Source: Edaphobacter sp. (GTDB lineage Bacteria; Acidobacteriota; Terriglobia; Terriglobales; Acidobacteriaceae). From it: a stretch of DNA of 64,000 bases. Numbering within the stretch: position 1 is the first letter of the stretch; the number at the start of each line of letters is the position of its first letter. A program made the position numbers and the translations under genes. This document shows positions 1-8,156 of this stretch, one piece after another. The notes beneath the pieces are model-generated. The model searched no databases. It worked only from the letters and a program-made list of their open reading frames with translations, and was not told where the DNA came from. The stretch covers positions 274,449 through 338,448 of the forward strand of contig CBDICF010000002.1 in the NCBI GenBank assembly GCA_965277265.1, read 5' to 3'.

Positions 1-71
1 GCATCTGGCTCGGCAACGCGGACGGCGAAGAACAGATCATGCGCGACGGTGAATTCCTCCTCGACGATTAA
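1..71 (+). CDS. 3' end of a gene (IWLGNADGEEQIMRDGEFLLDD*), possibly an M29/aminopeptidase T family peptidase
   Basis: Open frame from base 3 to TAA at 69-71. The terminal 'IMRDGEF' resembles the C-termini of M29 aminopeptidases. Only 22 codons are visible. Confidence 0.4.
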   Translation, partial: IWLGNADGEEQIMRDGEFLLDD

Positions 72-117
72 GCGTTGGTAAGTGTTGAACGGGGTCGCAG
101 CAGGTAGACTGTCTCCC

Positions 118-1332
118 ATGCTGCAGCCTTATCGCAACCAGTTCAACAACCAGTTTTCACCAGCAGCGTACCAGCAGCTTTTGGCCCGGCTGCAACAATC
201 CACGCGAGCCACCATAGACTTCCGCGTAGCTGAAACACCCTGCTTCTTCCCGCAATCCCTCATGCTGGAGCTTGCCGCGACCGGCGCGGAACTCACCCGT
301 CAGCTTCTCAATAATCCCGGGTACATGCAGGCATCCGAGCAGACCATTCCCGCCCAGTACCACGTTCCCAACGAGAATCCCCAGCCCAACTTCATGACCG
401 TCGACTTCGGCCTGGTTCGCGCACCCGGCGGTGGACTGCAACCCAGACTCGTCGAGATGCAGGCCTTTCCCTCCATCTTCGGCTATCAGGACGTCCTTGC
501 CCGCCAATACATCGAGACATACAAGCTTAAACCGGGTCTTGAATGGCTCTTAGGCGGCCTCAACCAGCAGACCTACTGGGACCTGCTCCGCAAGGTCATC
601 GTCGGCGACCACGACCCCGAAAACGTGGTTCTCCTCGACATCGACCCGGACCGCCAGAAGACCCTGCCCGACTTCCACGTCTACGAAGACAAACTCCACA
701 TTGCCACCGTCGATATCACGCAGGTGCGCAAGCAAGGCAATCGCCTTTTTTACGAGCGCGACGGCCGCGAAATCCCGATCCATCGCATCTACAACCGGAC
801 CATCGTGGACGAACTCGAGCGCAAGCACATCCAGCTTCCCTTCGACTACCGCGACGATCTCGACGTAGAGTGGGCCGGCCACCCCAACTGGTACTTCCGC
901 ATCAGCAAATTTGCGCTCCCATATCTCAAACACCCCTCAGTCCCGAAGGCTGTCTTCCTCGACGACTGGTTCGCCGGGCGCAGCCTGGAAGGATTCCCCG
1001 CCAGGCGCGAAGACCTCCTGCTCAAGCCGCTCTACTCCTTTGCAGGCACCGGCATACAGTTTGCTCCCAGGGATAGTCTCCTAAAATCGATCCCTATCGC
1101 GGATCGTCACCTGTACCTCCTTCAGGAGCGCGTCCGCTTCGAGCCCATCATCGAGACTCCGCATGGGCCTACCCAGGCCGAGATTCGCATCATGTATCTC
1201 TGGCCGGATGGAGGAGCGCTACAGCCGGCCATCAGCCTGGTCCGCCTCGGCCGCGGCCTCATGATGGGAGTCGATCACAATCGAGACCGGGAGTGGGTCG
1301 GCGGCTCGGCGGCACTTATTGAACCGGCGTAA
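118..1332 (+). CDS. Circularly permuted ATP-grasp-like (glutathionylspermidine synthase-like) amidoligase, hypothetical
   Basis: Motifs DFGLV..PRLVEMQAFP, LLLKPLYSFAGTGI and LQERV resemble CP-ATP-grasp ligases. Start set at ATG118 because TAGACT (105-110) lies 7 nt upstream. Confidence 0.6.
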   Translation: MLQPYRNQFNNQFSPAAYQQLLARLQQSTRATIDFRVAETPCFFPQSLMLELAATGAELTRQLLNNPGYMQASEQTIPAQYHVPNENPQPNFMTVDFGLVRAPGGGLQPRLVEMQAFPSIFGYQDVLARQYIETYKLKPGLEWLLGGLNQQTYWDLLRKVIVGDHDPENVVLLDIDPDRQKTLPDFHVYEDKLHIATVDITQVRKQGNRLFYERDGREIPIHRIYNRTIVDELERKHIQLPFDYRDDLDVEWAGHPNWYFRISKFALPYLKHPSVPKAVFLDDWFAGRSLEGFPARREDLLLKPLYSFAGTGIQFAPRDSLLKSIPIADRHLYLLQERVRFEPIIETPHGPTQAEIRIMYLWPDGGALQPAISLVRLGRGLMMGVDHNRDREWVGGSAALIEPA

Positions 1333-1442
1333 TGGCCCTCCGCACGAAATCTGCGAAAACCGGATGTCTCGTAGGTTAGACTCCAACTAGATGGCGGCTC
1401 AGGCCGCAGGCACAGGGCAGCTAAGCAACAAGGAGGAGATGC

Positions 1443-1769
1443 GTGGCGCAGAATCAAAAGCTGAGCGGTGATAATCCAGTTCGCACCGCCGTCCGTTTCC
1501 CCATGAGGCTGGCGCTTCGCCTGAACACCGAACAAGGGCCGTTGGATGCCGTAACGGAAAATATCTCTGCAAATGGGCTCCTGTTCCTCAGCGACTATCT
1601 GCCGGAGATCGATAGCAAAATTGAATTCACCATTGCCATGCCCTCAGCCGTAATGGGATCCACCACGGATGTAACCATTCATTGCACTGGCCGCGTCGTA
1701 CGCCATTACCTGCAAAATGGTGAAAAGAAGGCTGCTGCCGTAATTGACGAATATTTTCTAAAGGCCTGA
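1443..1769 (+). CDS. Stand-alone PilZ-domain protein
   Basis: RTAVRF (RxxxR) and ENISANG (D/NxSxxG) PilZ motifs; GGAGG SD before the GTG start. Confidence 0.8.
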   Translation: MAQNQKLSGDNPVRTAVRFPMRLALRLNTEQGPLDAVTENISANGLLFLSDYLPEIDSKIEFTIAMPSAVMGSTTDVTIHCTGRVVRHYLQNGEKKAAAVIDEYFLKA

Positions 1770-1772
1770 ACT

Positions 1773-2555
1773 ATGACGGTTATTCATTTCGACCCCACTC
1801 ACATGCCCGAAGACGTAGCGGAAGAGAACGCGATTCCCGCGGGAATACGTGTCATCCTCGCCGATTCGCAGGCTATTTATCGTGTCGGTATGCGGAAGGT
1901 CTTCGCCCTCGAGGACGACATCCGGGTAGTCGCCCAGGTGGAGACCCTGACTAACCTCTATGCCGCCCTCGAGCGCTACCCCACCGATGTCGTAGTTCTC
2001 GAAGGGCAACTCATCGCCGGCACCATCGACGCGATCCCCGAGCTCGTCCGACAGGCGCCCATGGCCAAATTGATCGTTCAGGTCACCGCGACCGATGAAT
2101 CCAATACAGTCGAGCTTTACCGTCGCGGCGTTCGCGGAGTCGTGCCCCGGTCCATCTCGCCCGATCTGCTCATCAAATGCGTCCGCAAGATCGCCGAAGG
2201 CGAGACCTGGATCGACAACCAGTCGATCAGCTGGGTCATCGAAGCCTATCGATCCCAGGCCACCACGTTGACCGATCCTAAGGTTCAGCCAAAGCTCTCG
2301 AAGAAGGAGCTTGCAATCATCAGTTGCATCACACGGGGCATGCGCAACAAGGAGATCGCCTACCAGATCGGCACGACCGAGCAGGTCATCAAGAACTATC
2401 TTCGCAAGATATATGACAAGCTCGGCGTCTCAGACCGTCTGGAACTCGCACTCTACTGTTTGCATCATGAGTTGCTGAAAAAATATCTCGTCGAATCGGA
2501 TACCGGCACAGCCCAGCGCACTGAACCTTCACAGCCCCTCAGCGCAAAGATGTAG
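1773..2555 (+). CDS. NarL/LuxR-family response regulator with atypical receiver domain
   Basis: N-terminal REC fold; C-terminal LSKKELAII...GMRNKEIA...VIKNYLRKIYDKLGV LuxR HTH. Confidence 0.9.
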   Translation: MTVIHFDPTHMPEDVAEENAIPAGIRVILADSQAIYRVGMRKVFALEDDIRVVAQVETLTNLYAALERYPTDVVVLEGQLIAGTIDAIPELVRQAPMAKLIVQVTATDESNTVELYRRGVRGVVPRSISPDLLIKCVRKIAEGETWIDNQSISWVIEAYRSQATTLTDPKVQPKLSKKELAIISCITRGMRNKEIAYQIGTTEQVIKNYLRKIYDKLGVSDRLELALYCLHHELLKKYLVESDTGTAQRTEPSQPLSAKM

Positions 2556-2617
2556 TCGGCTGGAACAAAGTCCCTGACGGGTTATTTGGAATAGCGTCGG
2601 ATCATCAAGAAGACTTC

Positions 2618-2653
2618 AACGAAAATGGCTGCCAACCTGAGTTGACAGCCATT
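2618..2653 (-). terminator. Intrinsic terminator of the Gly-rich gene
   Basis: Minus-strand hairpin AATGGCTG-T-CAAC/loop/GTTG-G-CAGCCATT followed by TTCGTT; the U-G pair forms only on the minus strand. Confidence 0.55.
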
Positions 2654-2673
2654 CTATCCTTCAGCGATTTTGT

Positions 2674-3159
2674 CTAACGGTGTCCGCCACCACCATGGCC
2701 GCCGCCTCCATGGAATCCGCCTCCACCTCCATGAAATCCACCGCCGCCGTGGAATCCACCGCCTCGGGCATCACCGTGAAAGCCTCCTCGGTCTCCGCCC
2801 CGGAACCCTTCGCCGCCACGAAATCCGCCCCGGTCACCCCAGCCTCCGTGCCCGTAACCGTACCCGCCCCGATATCCCCCATAGTAGCCCGCGCGGTATC
2901 CATAGCCCCTGTATCCATAACCGCCACGGAACCACGGGCCGGCACCGATGAAGATTCCTCCATTGAACCACGAAGGCCCGTAATACCCGTAAGGTGCACA
3001 AGAGTACGGAGCGTAGCCGTAGTAGCCGTAAGTACACACCGGAGGCGCATAAACTCCATACCCAGGACCAACACCGATCCCAAACGAAATCTGGGCATGA
3101 GAATAGGCGGCCGGAACCGTGAGGATCGCTAACAAAGCGAGATATCTAAGGAAACGCAT
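2674..3159 (-). CDS. Secreted Gly/Tyr/Arg-rich low-complexity protein
   Basis: Signal peptide MRFLRYLALLAILTVPAAYSHA, then C-x9-C and GY/RGG/GGFHG repeats. GGAGG SD upstream of ATG3159. Confidence 0.7.
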   Translation of the reverse strand: MRFLRYLALLAILTVPAAYSHAQISFGIGVGPGYGVYAPPVCTYGYYGYAPYSCAPYGYYGPSWFNGGIFIGAGPWFRGGYGYRGYGYRAGYYGGYRGGYGYGHGGWGDRGGFRGGEGFRGGDRGGFHGDARGGGFHGGGGFHGGGGGFHGGGGHGGGGHR

Positions 3160-3508
3160 TCTTAACCTCCCTGCAACCACGGAGTGTGGGTGCGAGTCTC
3201 AGGGTTTTTCTGTCCTGAATCCCTGTTCATTAGAACGTGATTCGGTCGAAAAGGTTGCGGAGACCTACGGGCCATGCCGTCAGTCACAGAGCCGTTCGGG
3301 CATCCAGCATCGTTCCAGCCGGCCCAGATGGTCGGACCCGGAAGCAGAAGGGTAGAGCATCCGTACCCCGTCAGCCTGAACGCAATATTTTCCGTTTGTG
3401 CCTACCGAGACCGACGTAACCATTTATTTCGACATTTTCGTCACCCGGTGGAAAAAGTTTTGATTCTTAAGGGTAAACTCGTTCCATTCCGGCAAGCTAT
3501 TTTCCCTG

Positions 3509-3561
3509 TGGCATGAAAAATGCTCACGATCCAGGGTATCCATTTTGGTTCCGTAATTGCA
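3509..3561 (+). promoter_or_regulatory. Two candidate sigma-54 (-24/-12) promoters upstream of the PEP-CTERM gene
   Basis: TGGCATGAAAAATGCT (3509-3524) and TGGTTCCGTAATTGCA (3546-3561), both GG-N10-GC. Confidence 0.4.
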
Positions 3562-3599
3562 GTAACCGAATCGAGCGACATCTCGCTCAAGGTAAAATT

Positions 3600-4364
3600 A
3601 TGCGCCGCCTGGTGTACTTTCTGTCTCTGGTTCTCGTCGTAAGCGCGTCCGCCACATGCGTCAACGCATCGACGGATTGCGAGCGGTGGTTTGCCTCATA
3701 TCGCCGGGACCTGGTGCACTCCCAGCAGGTCAAGCGAATAGAGGCGGCCAGACGCCGGGCCCGCTTGTATGCACGACGCAAGCTGGCAGGGTACGTCAAG
3801 CCGAAGCCGAAGCCTGCGCCTCTCCTGTTTCCCGTGGTCCATCATCCCACGATGAACCCGCGCGAAGCACGTCGGCGTGTCGATCTCGCCTGTGGTGTGC
3901 TGCCGGAGAGCTCTGAAGGGCAGCCTCTAATCTCCGAAGAACAGCCGGCTGAGTTCACCGCCGATGTGCTGCCGCCGGATGAACTTGCTCTGCTTCCCGG
4001 TTTCGACAGCCCTGGAACTCTCTTGCCTCAGGACAACACTCCGGCAGCCCCGGTCTTCTCCTCCGAGGCTCCCCCGAGCTTTTCTGGAGGTGGTGTGCCC
4101 GTCTACATCCCTCCTTTCACTACGCCGGTGGGCACAGCTCCTGGCAGCAGCAACGGCGGGGGCACGATACCCCCCGTGGGAACGCCGCCGGGCGGGGGCA
4201 GCCCGGTGGGAACTTCTCCGGTGGATACGGCTCCGGTCGATACGCCGCCGGTTGTGATTCCGCCGCCGGTCCTGGCCCCTGTTCCGGAGCCGGGCAGCAT
4301 CCTTTTTATGCTGACCGGGCTGGCGGGTGCAGCGGGTGTGGTTCGGCGCAGGTTCGCAGCGTAG
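3600..4364 (+). CDS. PEP-CTERM surface protein with Pro-rich linker
   Basis: N-terminal signal peptide; C-terminal VPEPGSILFMLTGLAGAAGVVRRRFAA (PEP, TM helix, Arg cluster). Confidence 0.85.
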   Translation: MRRLVYFLSLVLVVSASATCVNASTDCERWFASYRRDLVHSQQVKRIEAARRRARLYARRKLAGYVKPKPKPAPLLFPVVHHPTMNPREARRRVDLACGVLPESSEGQPLISEEQPAEFTADVLPPDELALLPGFDSPGTLLPQDNTPAAPVFSSEAPPSFSGGGVPVYIPPFTTPVGTAPGSSNGGGTIPPVGTPPGGGSPVGTSPVDTAPVDTPPVVIPPPVLAPVPEPGSILFMLTGLAGAAGVVRRRFAA

Positions 4365-4458
4365 TTTCCAGTCCGCTCCGTGCGATTCGTCCTGCTTTTT
4401 CTAGCGGTGGTGAAGCAGACGTTTTGCTGGGGATTTGCACGAAAACGATGTGCAGCGC

Positions 4459-4564
4459 GTGGCCCTTTTGTGGTGAAGTTGTGGCATACGTGTGGCATGT
4501 CGTGGACGTTTGTGACCCATGTTTCGGCGGGGCCAAAGTACGCCAACTTTTTCTATCTTATTTT
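4459..4564 (+). repeat. Dispersed intergenic element, copy 1 (phased GTGG array plus conserved tail)
   Basis: GTGG at 4459, 4470, 4481, 4492, 4502 and GTGA at 4512; tail TTTCGGCGG-N8-TACGCCA-N12-TTATTT recurs with identical spacing at 18278-18319 (minus strand). Confidence 0.55.
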
Positions 4565-4605
4565 CAGAACGCCGTGGACCGGTTCGTCGCCAGGCACTCT
4601 CTTCT

Positions 4606-5337
4606 TTATAGGGAGACCTGTATCGCCTCTCCGATGAGCAGAATGACCGGAGCCGGTCCGACCGCACCGTCCTGCAGCTCGCTCAGGGTTGTAGCGTATA
4701 CCTGCTGGTCGGGAGCTGTGGCTTTGGAGACAGCGACGCAGGGGGTTTCGGGCGCGATGCCGGACGCGATCAGATCGTCCGCGAGCAGGCGGAATCTGCG
4801 GCCGGGCATGTAGATCACCAGGGTCGAGTCTTCGGGGAACGCTCCGGCCCACTTCGGTTGCAGTTCGACCTTGCCTGCGGCATGGTGGGCGGTAGCCAGA
4901 ATCAGCCTGGAGGCTGCGCTGCGGTCGGTCAAGGGCGTCTGCAAGGCCGCCGCAACGGCGAAGGCAGCGGTGATTCCGGGTACGATCTCGAAGGTTACCC
5001 CGGCGGCGCGCAGTGCGGCCATCTCTTCTCCTGCGCGACCAAAGACCAGCGGATCGCCGGACTTGAGACGCAGCACCGAGCGGCCGGACTGTGCGGCGTC
5101 GATCATGAGCACATGAATCTCCGCCTGCGTGATGCGGGGCTGGCCGCAACGCTTGCCCACCGGAGTGATGGCGGCTCCGGGGTGGGCCAGGGCAAGAATC
5201 TCGTCAGACACCAGATCGTCCGGGAGGATGACATCGGCGGTCTCCAGCAGCCGAAGCGCACGGAGCGTGAGCAGACCGGGGTCTCCCGGACCGGCTCCCA
5301 CCAGGTAGACGGTGCCCGGTTTGGCCGCGTGATTCAC
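4606..5337 (-). CDS. cobA: Uroporphyrinogen-III C-methyltransferase
   Basis: VYLVGAGPGDPGLLTLRA, RLKSGDPLVFGRAGEE, IVPGITAA tetrapyrrole methylase motifs. Confidence 0.92.
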   Translation of the reverse strand: MNHAAKPGTVYLVGAGPGDPGLLTLRALRLLETADVILPDDLVSDEILALAHPGAAITPVGKRCGQPRITQAEIHVLMIDAAQSGRSVLRLKSGDPLVFGRAGEEMAALRAAGVTFEIVPGITAAFAVAAALQTPLTDRSAASRLILATAHHAAGKVELQPKWAGAFPEDSTLVIYMPGRRFRLLADDLIASGIAPETPCVAVSKATAPDQQVYATTLSELQDGAVGPAPVILLIGEAIQVSL

Positions 5338-6008
5338 GATTTCTTCTCAGGCCGGTCCGGCTGGTGACTCGACGGGGAACCGGGCAGGGGATTGGTGAGC
5401 GCGTGTTCGCGGGCCAGCAGGCGCGAAGGGCATTGGTCGGAGCCGCAGACCTCGCGTTGGGCGAGTTGATGCAGCAGCCACTTGCGCTCCTCGTTCAACG
5501 GCTCAATCTGGGTCACCTCGCGGCGCAGGTTGCCGAGGTCGGTCAGCCAGTCGCCGGCATCGAGCGGAAGCTGAGCGTTGATCTCCTTGCGCAGACGCTG
5601 GGCCAGCGCAGGACTAGCTCCTGCCGTCGAAATGGCGATCTGCAGGTCGCCCCGGCGAACGACGGAAGGGAAATAGAAGTCGCAGAACGGCGGGTCGTCG
5701 ACGGCGTTACAGAGGATGTTCTTCTCCGTCGCCTCGGCGTAGACGGCCCGGTTGACGGAGGCTACGTCGGTTGCGGCAACCGCGAGAAAGTTTCCCGTCA
5801 GGTCCCCGGTCGCGTACACGCGCTGCTTCCAATCGATCTCTCCCGCGGCCGCCAGATCCACGATGCGAGGGCTCGCCGTTGGCGCAACCACGGTTACCCT
5901 CGCGTGAGCGGCCTGCAGGGATTCGATCTTCGATTCGGCAAGGTTGCCCGCGCCGATGACGATGCAGGGGCGCGCGGCGAGCTTGATAAAGACGGGGAAC
6001 AGGTTCAT
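5334..6008 (-). CDS. cysG: Precorrin-2 dehydrogenase / sirohydrochlorin ferrochelatase (CysG N-terminal half)
   Basis: Rossmann motif IGAGNLA, CNAVDDPPFCDFYFPSVV and ISTAGASPALA; overlaps the cobA start by 4 nt. Confidence 0.88.
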   Translation of the reverse strand: MNLFPVFIKLAARPCIVIGAGNLAESKIESLQAAHARVTVVAPTASPRIVDLAAAGEIDWKQRVYATGDLTGNFLAVAATDVASVNRAVYAEATEKNILCNAVDDPPFCDFYFPSVVRRGDLQIAISTAGASPALAQRLRKEINAQLPLDAGDWLTDLGNLRREVTQIEPLNEERKWLLHQLAQREVCGSDQCPSRLLAREHALTNPLPGSPSSHQPDRPEKKS

Positions 6009-6101
6009 GGGTTGAGCGGACCTCAGCGGCAAAAGCCGCGCATCTACAGGACAGTTGCGGCATGGCCGAAAGCCGTGCCAGTAGCAGAACACCCGGCGGG
6101 T

Positions 6102-7841
6102 CTACTCTCCCGGCGCGTGGCGTCCGGCGCCTACGGGGGCTGCGTCGCGTTCGACAGGATCGATTATGGCTCCCGCGAGCTGCGCGCGAAGGGTATCGTC
6201 GTCGGTGCGGGCAAAGTAGGCGCGCAGGTCCTCCTCCGTTTCGCGTTCAGCCAGGTAGCCGCGCAGCAGACGCTCGATCGCGTCAGGCACCTCTTCCGCG
6301 GCGGCTCGATAGCCGAGCGTACGGCCGGTGCGGGCGTATTTTCCCACCGCACCGCCTACGCAAAAATAGAAGGCATCGACCGTCCGGCCATCCTTCTTGA
6401 TCTTCTTGCCTTCGAGCCCGATGTCTGCAATCCAGTGCTGGCCGCAGCTATTGGTGCAGCCGGTGACGTGCAGCTTGATCTGCTGATCGAAGCCCGGCAA
6501 CCGCTCTTCCATCTCGCCAACCAGCCACTTCGAAAATCCCTTGGTCTCGGCGATCGCGAGCTTGCAGAACTCGGTGCCGGTGCATGCGATGGCTCCTCGC
6601 CAGAAGGCCGAGATGTCGACCTGCAGGCCGAGAGTGTTGAGCGCGATGACAAGCTCGCTGGTCCTGGCGTGGGGAACGTCGACGATGACGATGTTCTGCA
6701 TGATGGTGGTGCGGAGCTGCCCGCTGCCGTACTCCGCGGCCAACTCAGCCAGCCGCTCCAGTTGTTCTCCCGACATGCGGCCGTTCAGCACGCTTGCGCC
6801 CACCGACGAAAGGCCGGCCTGGCGCTGCGGCGTAATGCCGACGTGGTCGCGATACACATCATCGGGGACAAGGTCTTCGGACACCGGACTAGGATCGAGT
6901 TTGTAGCCCAGCTTCTCCTCCAGCGCCTCCAGGAAGGACTCCGCAGTCCAGCCGTGGCGCATGAAAAGGTACTTGATGCGGGCGCGGGTGCGATTTTCGC
7001 GCAGGGCGATCTGCTCGCGGAAGATGACGGCGCTGGCGTGAACGACGGCCAGTGCCTGGTCCTGACGGATGAACGCCGGGATGCGAACCGCGAGATGAGG
7101 TTCCGTAGAAAGACCGCCGCCGACACGCAGCGTGTAGCCGATCTCTTCCCGACCCTCGGCGTCCGTGCGCCTGATCGCGGTGAGCGCAAGGTCGTTGATC
7201 TCCGGGTAGGAGCACCACAGCGGGCACCCGGTGACCGAGATCTTGAACTTGCGCGGCAGGTTGTAGAACTCCGGGTTGGCGGTCAGGTGATGCGCAATCT
7301 CGACCGCGAGCGGCGACGCATCGATCAGTTCATGACTGTCGAGTCCGGCCAGGGGGCAGCCGGTTACGTTGCGCACCACGTCGCCGCATGCGCCCTTGGG
7401 GCTCAGGCCGACTGCGGCCAGTTCGTCCACCACATCCACCAGCGCGGTGATGGTAAGCCAGTGCAACTGGATGTTCTGGCGGGTCGTGATGTCGGCCAGG
7501 TTGCGGGCGTACTTCTTCGTGATGCGTCCGATGACGCGAAGCTGGTCACTGGTCAGCAGCCCGTTCGGCAGGCCGATGCGCATCATGAAGAACTCGGTCG
7601 CTTTGCCTTCTCCACCGACTCCGCCGGTCGCGCCCACACCGTCACCCTGGGTATAGACGCCCCACCACTTGAAGTAGAGGTTAGCCCACTCGGGCAGTAC
7701 GGAGTCGCGGCCCTCCAGCGCAAACCTGCGAACCTCTTCCCAGCCGTCCCAGGGGTTTTGGGCCAGCTTCAGCCGCTCGGACTTCTGTGCCTTCGTCTCT
7801 TTGATCGGGATATTTGTTGGGGCTGCGGGAGCAGTGCTCAT
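6102..7841 (-). CDS. sir: Ferredoxin-type sulfite/nitrite reductase hemoprotein
   Basis: TTRQNIQ, NLPRKFK, siroheme/4Fe-4S ligands ACTGTEFC and GCTNSCGQH; co-operonic with siroheme synthesis genes. Confidence 0.9.
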   Translation of the reverse strand: MSTAPAAPTNIPIKETKAQKSERLKLAQNPWDGWEEVRRFALEGRDSVLPEWANLYFKWWGVYTQGDGVGATGGVGGEGKATEFFMMRIGLPNGLLTSDQLRVIGRITKKYARNLADITTRQNIQLHWLTITALVDVVDELAAVGLSPKGACGDVVRNVTGCPLAGLDSHELIDASPLAVEIAHHLTANPEFYNLPRKFKISVTGCPLWCSYPEINDLALTAIRRTDAEGREEIGYTLRVGGGLSTEPHLAVRIPAFIRQDQALAVVHASAVIFREQIALRENRTRARIKYLFMRHGWTAESFLEALEEKLGYKLDPSPVSEDLVPDDVYRDHVGITPQRQAGLSSVGASVLNGRMSGEQLERLAELAAEYGSGQLRTTIMQNIVIVDVPHARTSELVIALNTLGLQVDISAFWRGAIACTGTEFCKLAIAETKGFSKWLVGEMEERLPGFDQQIKLHVTGCTNSCGQHWIADIGLEGKKIKKDGRTVDAFYFCVGGAVGKYARTGRTLGYRAAAEEVPDAIERLLRGYLAERETEEDLRAYFARTDDDTLRAQLAGAIIDPVERDAAPVGAGRHAPGE

Positions 7842-7880
7842 CTTGAAGATCCTTTTGAATTGCCGAAGGTTTTGGATTTC

Positions 7881-7911
7881 AGAAACAGAAAAGCCCACGG
7901 GGTTCGTGGGC
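7881..7911 (-). terminator. Intrinsic terminator (attenuator) in the leader of the sir operon
   Basis: Minus strand GCCCACG-AACCC-CGTGGGC followed by TTTTCTGTTTCT, about 40 nt upstream of the sir ATG. Confidence 0.7.
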
Positions 7912-7952
7912 GCTTGCGGCTTTGCGGAGAGGTTCAGACCCTGCGGGAAGGT

Positions 7953-8036
7953 CTATGAATCACTCGAAAGACGACGGCGCACCTCGTCGCAACAACACAG
8001 GCGACAGCTACAGCTCGCGGTGCGAAACATCGTCAT
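7953..8036 (-). CDS. Cys-rich leader peptide MTMFRTASCSCRLCCCDEVRRRLSSDS (27 aa), candidate attenuator peptide
   Basis: Translated by hand: ATG 8036 to TAG 7953, five Cys codons in eight positions; lies between the promoter and the terminator. Below the length cut-off of the ORF track. Confidence 0.65.
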   Translation of the reverse strand: MTMFRTASCSCRLCCCDEVRRRLSSDS

Positions 8037-8043
8037 AGAGTCA

Positions 8044-8073
8044 AGGCTAACCGCGCGGGGGCACCGGCGTCAA
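8044..8073 (-). promoter_or_regulatory. Sigma-70 promoter for a leaderless leader-peptide/sir transcript
   Basis: TTGACG (8073-8068), 18-nt spacer, TAGCCT (8049-8044), 7 nt, ATG 8036. Confidence 0.6.
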
Positions 8074-8156
8074 GGGGGGGCAGTCCACGCGGGATTGCGG
8101 GCGAATTGCGGGATCGGCTCGTGTGCGAACGGGGGTGGTAGAGCTTCAGGAGCAGG

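Noticed and set aside
2674-2900. Repetitive DNA as a CRISPR or VNTR
   Set aside because: The repeats are codon-level consequences of the Gly-rich protein, with no repeat-spacer structure; the same applies to the K/A-rich tail at 49000-49600.
3424-3433. 10-mer TTATTTCGAC shared upstream of both PEP-CTERM genes (also 31593-31602)
   Set aside because: One 10-mer match between two ~400-bp AT-richer regions is plausible by chance, and its position relative to the promoters differs.
5364-7958. 864-aa plus-strand ORF, and other long antisense ORFs (10870-12405, 12648-13838, 20486-21913, 29806-31221, 32999-34042, 48840-49751, 51572-52441)
   Set aside because: They lie opposite well-supported genes, have no family motifs, and are expected shadows of high-GC codon bias.
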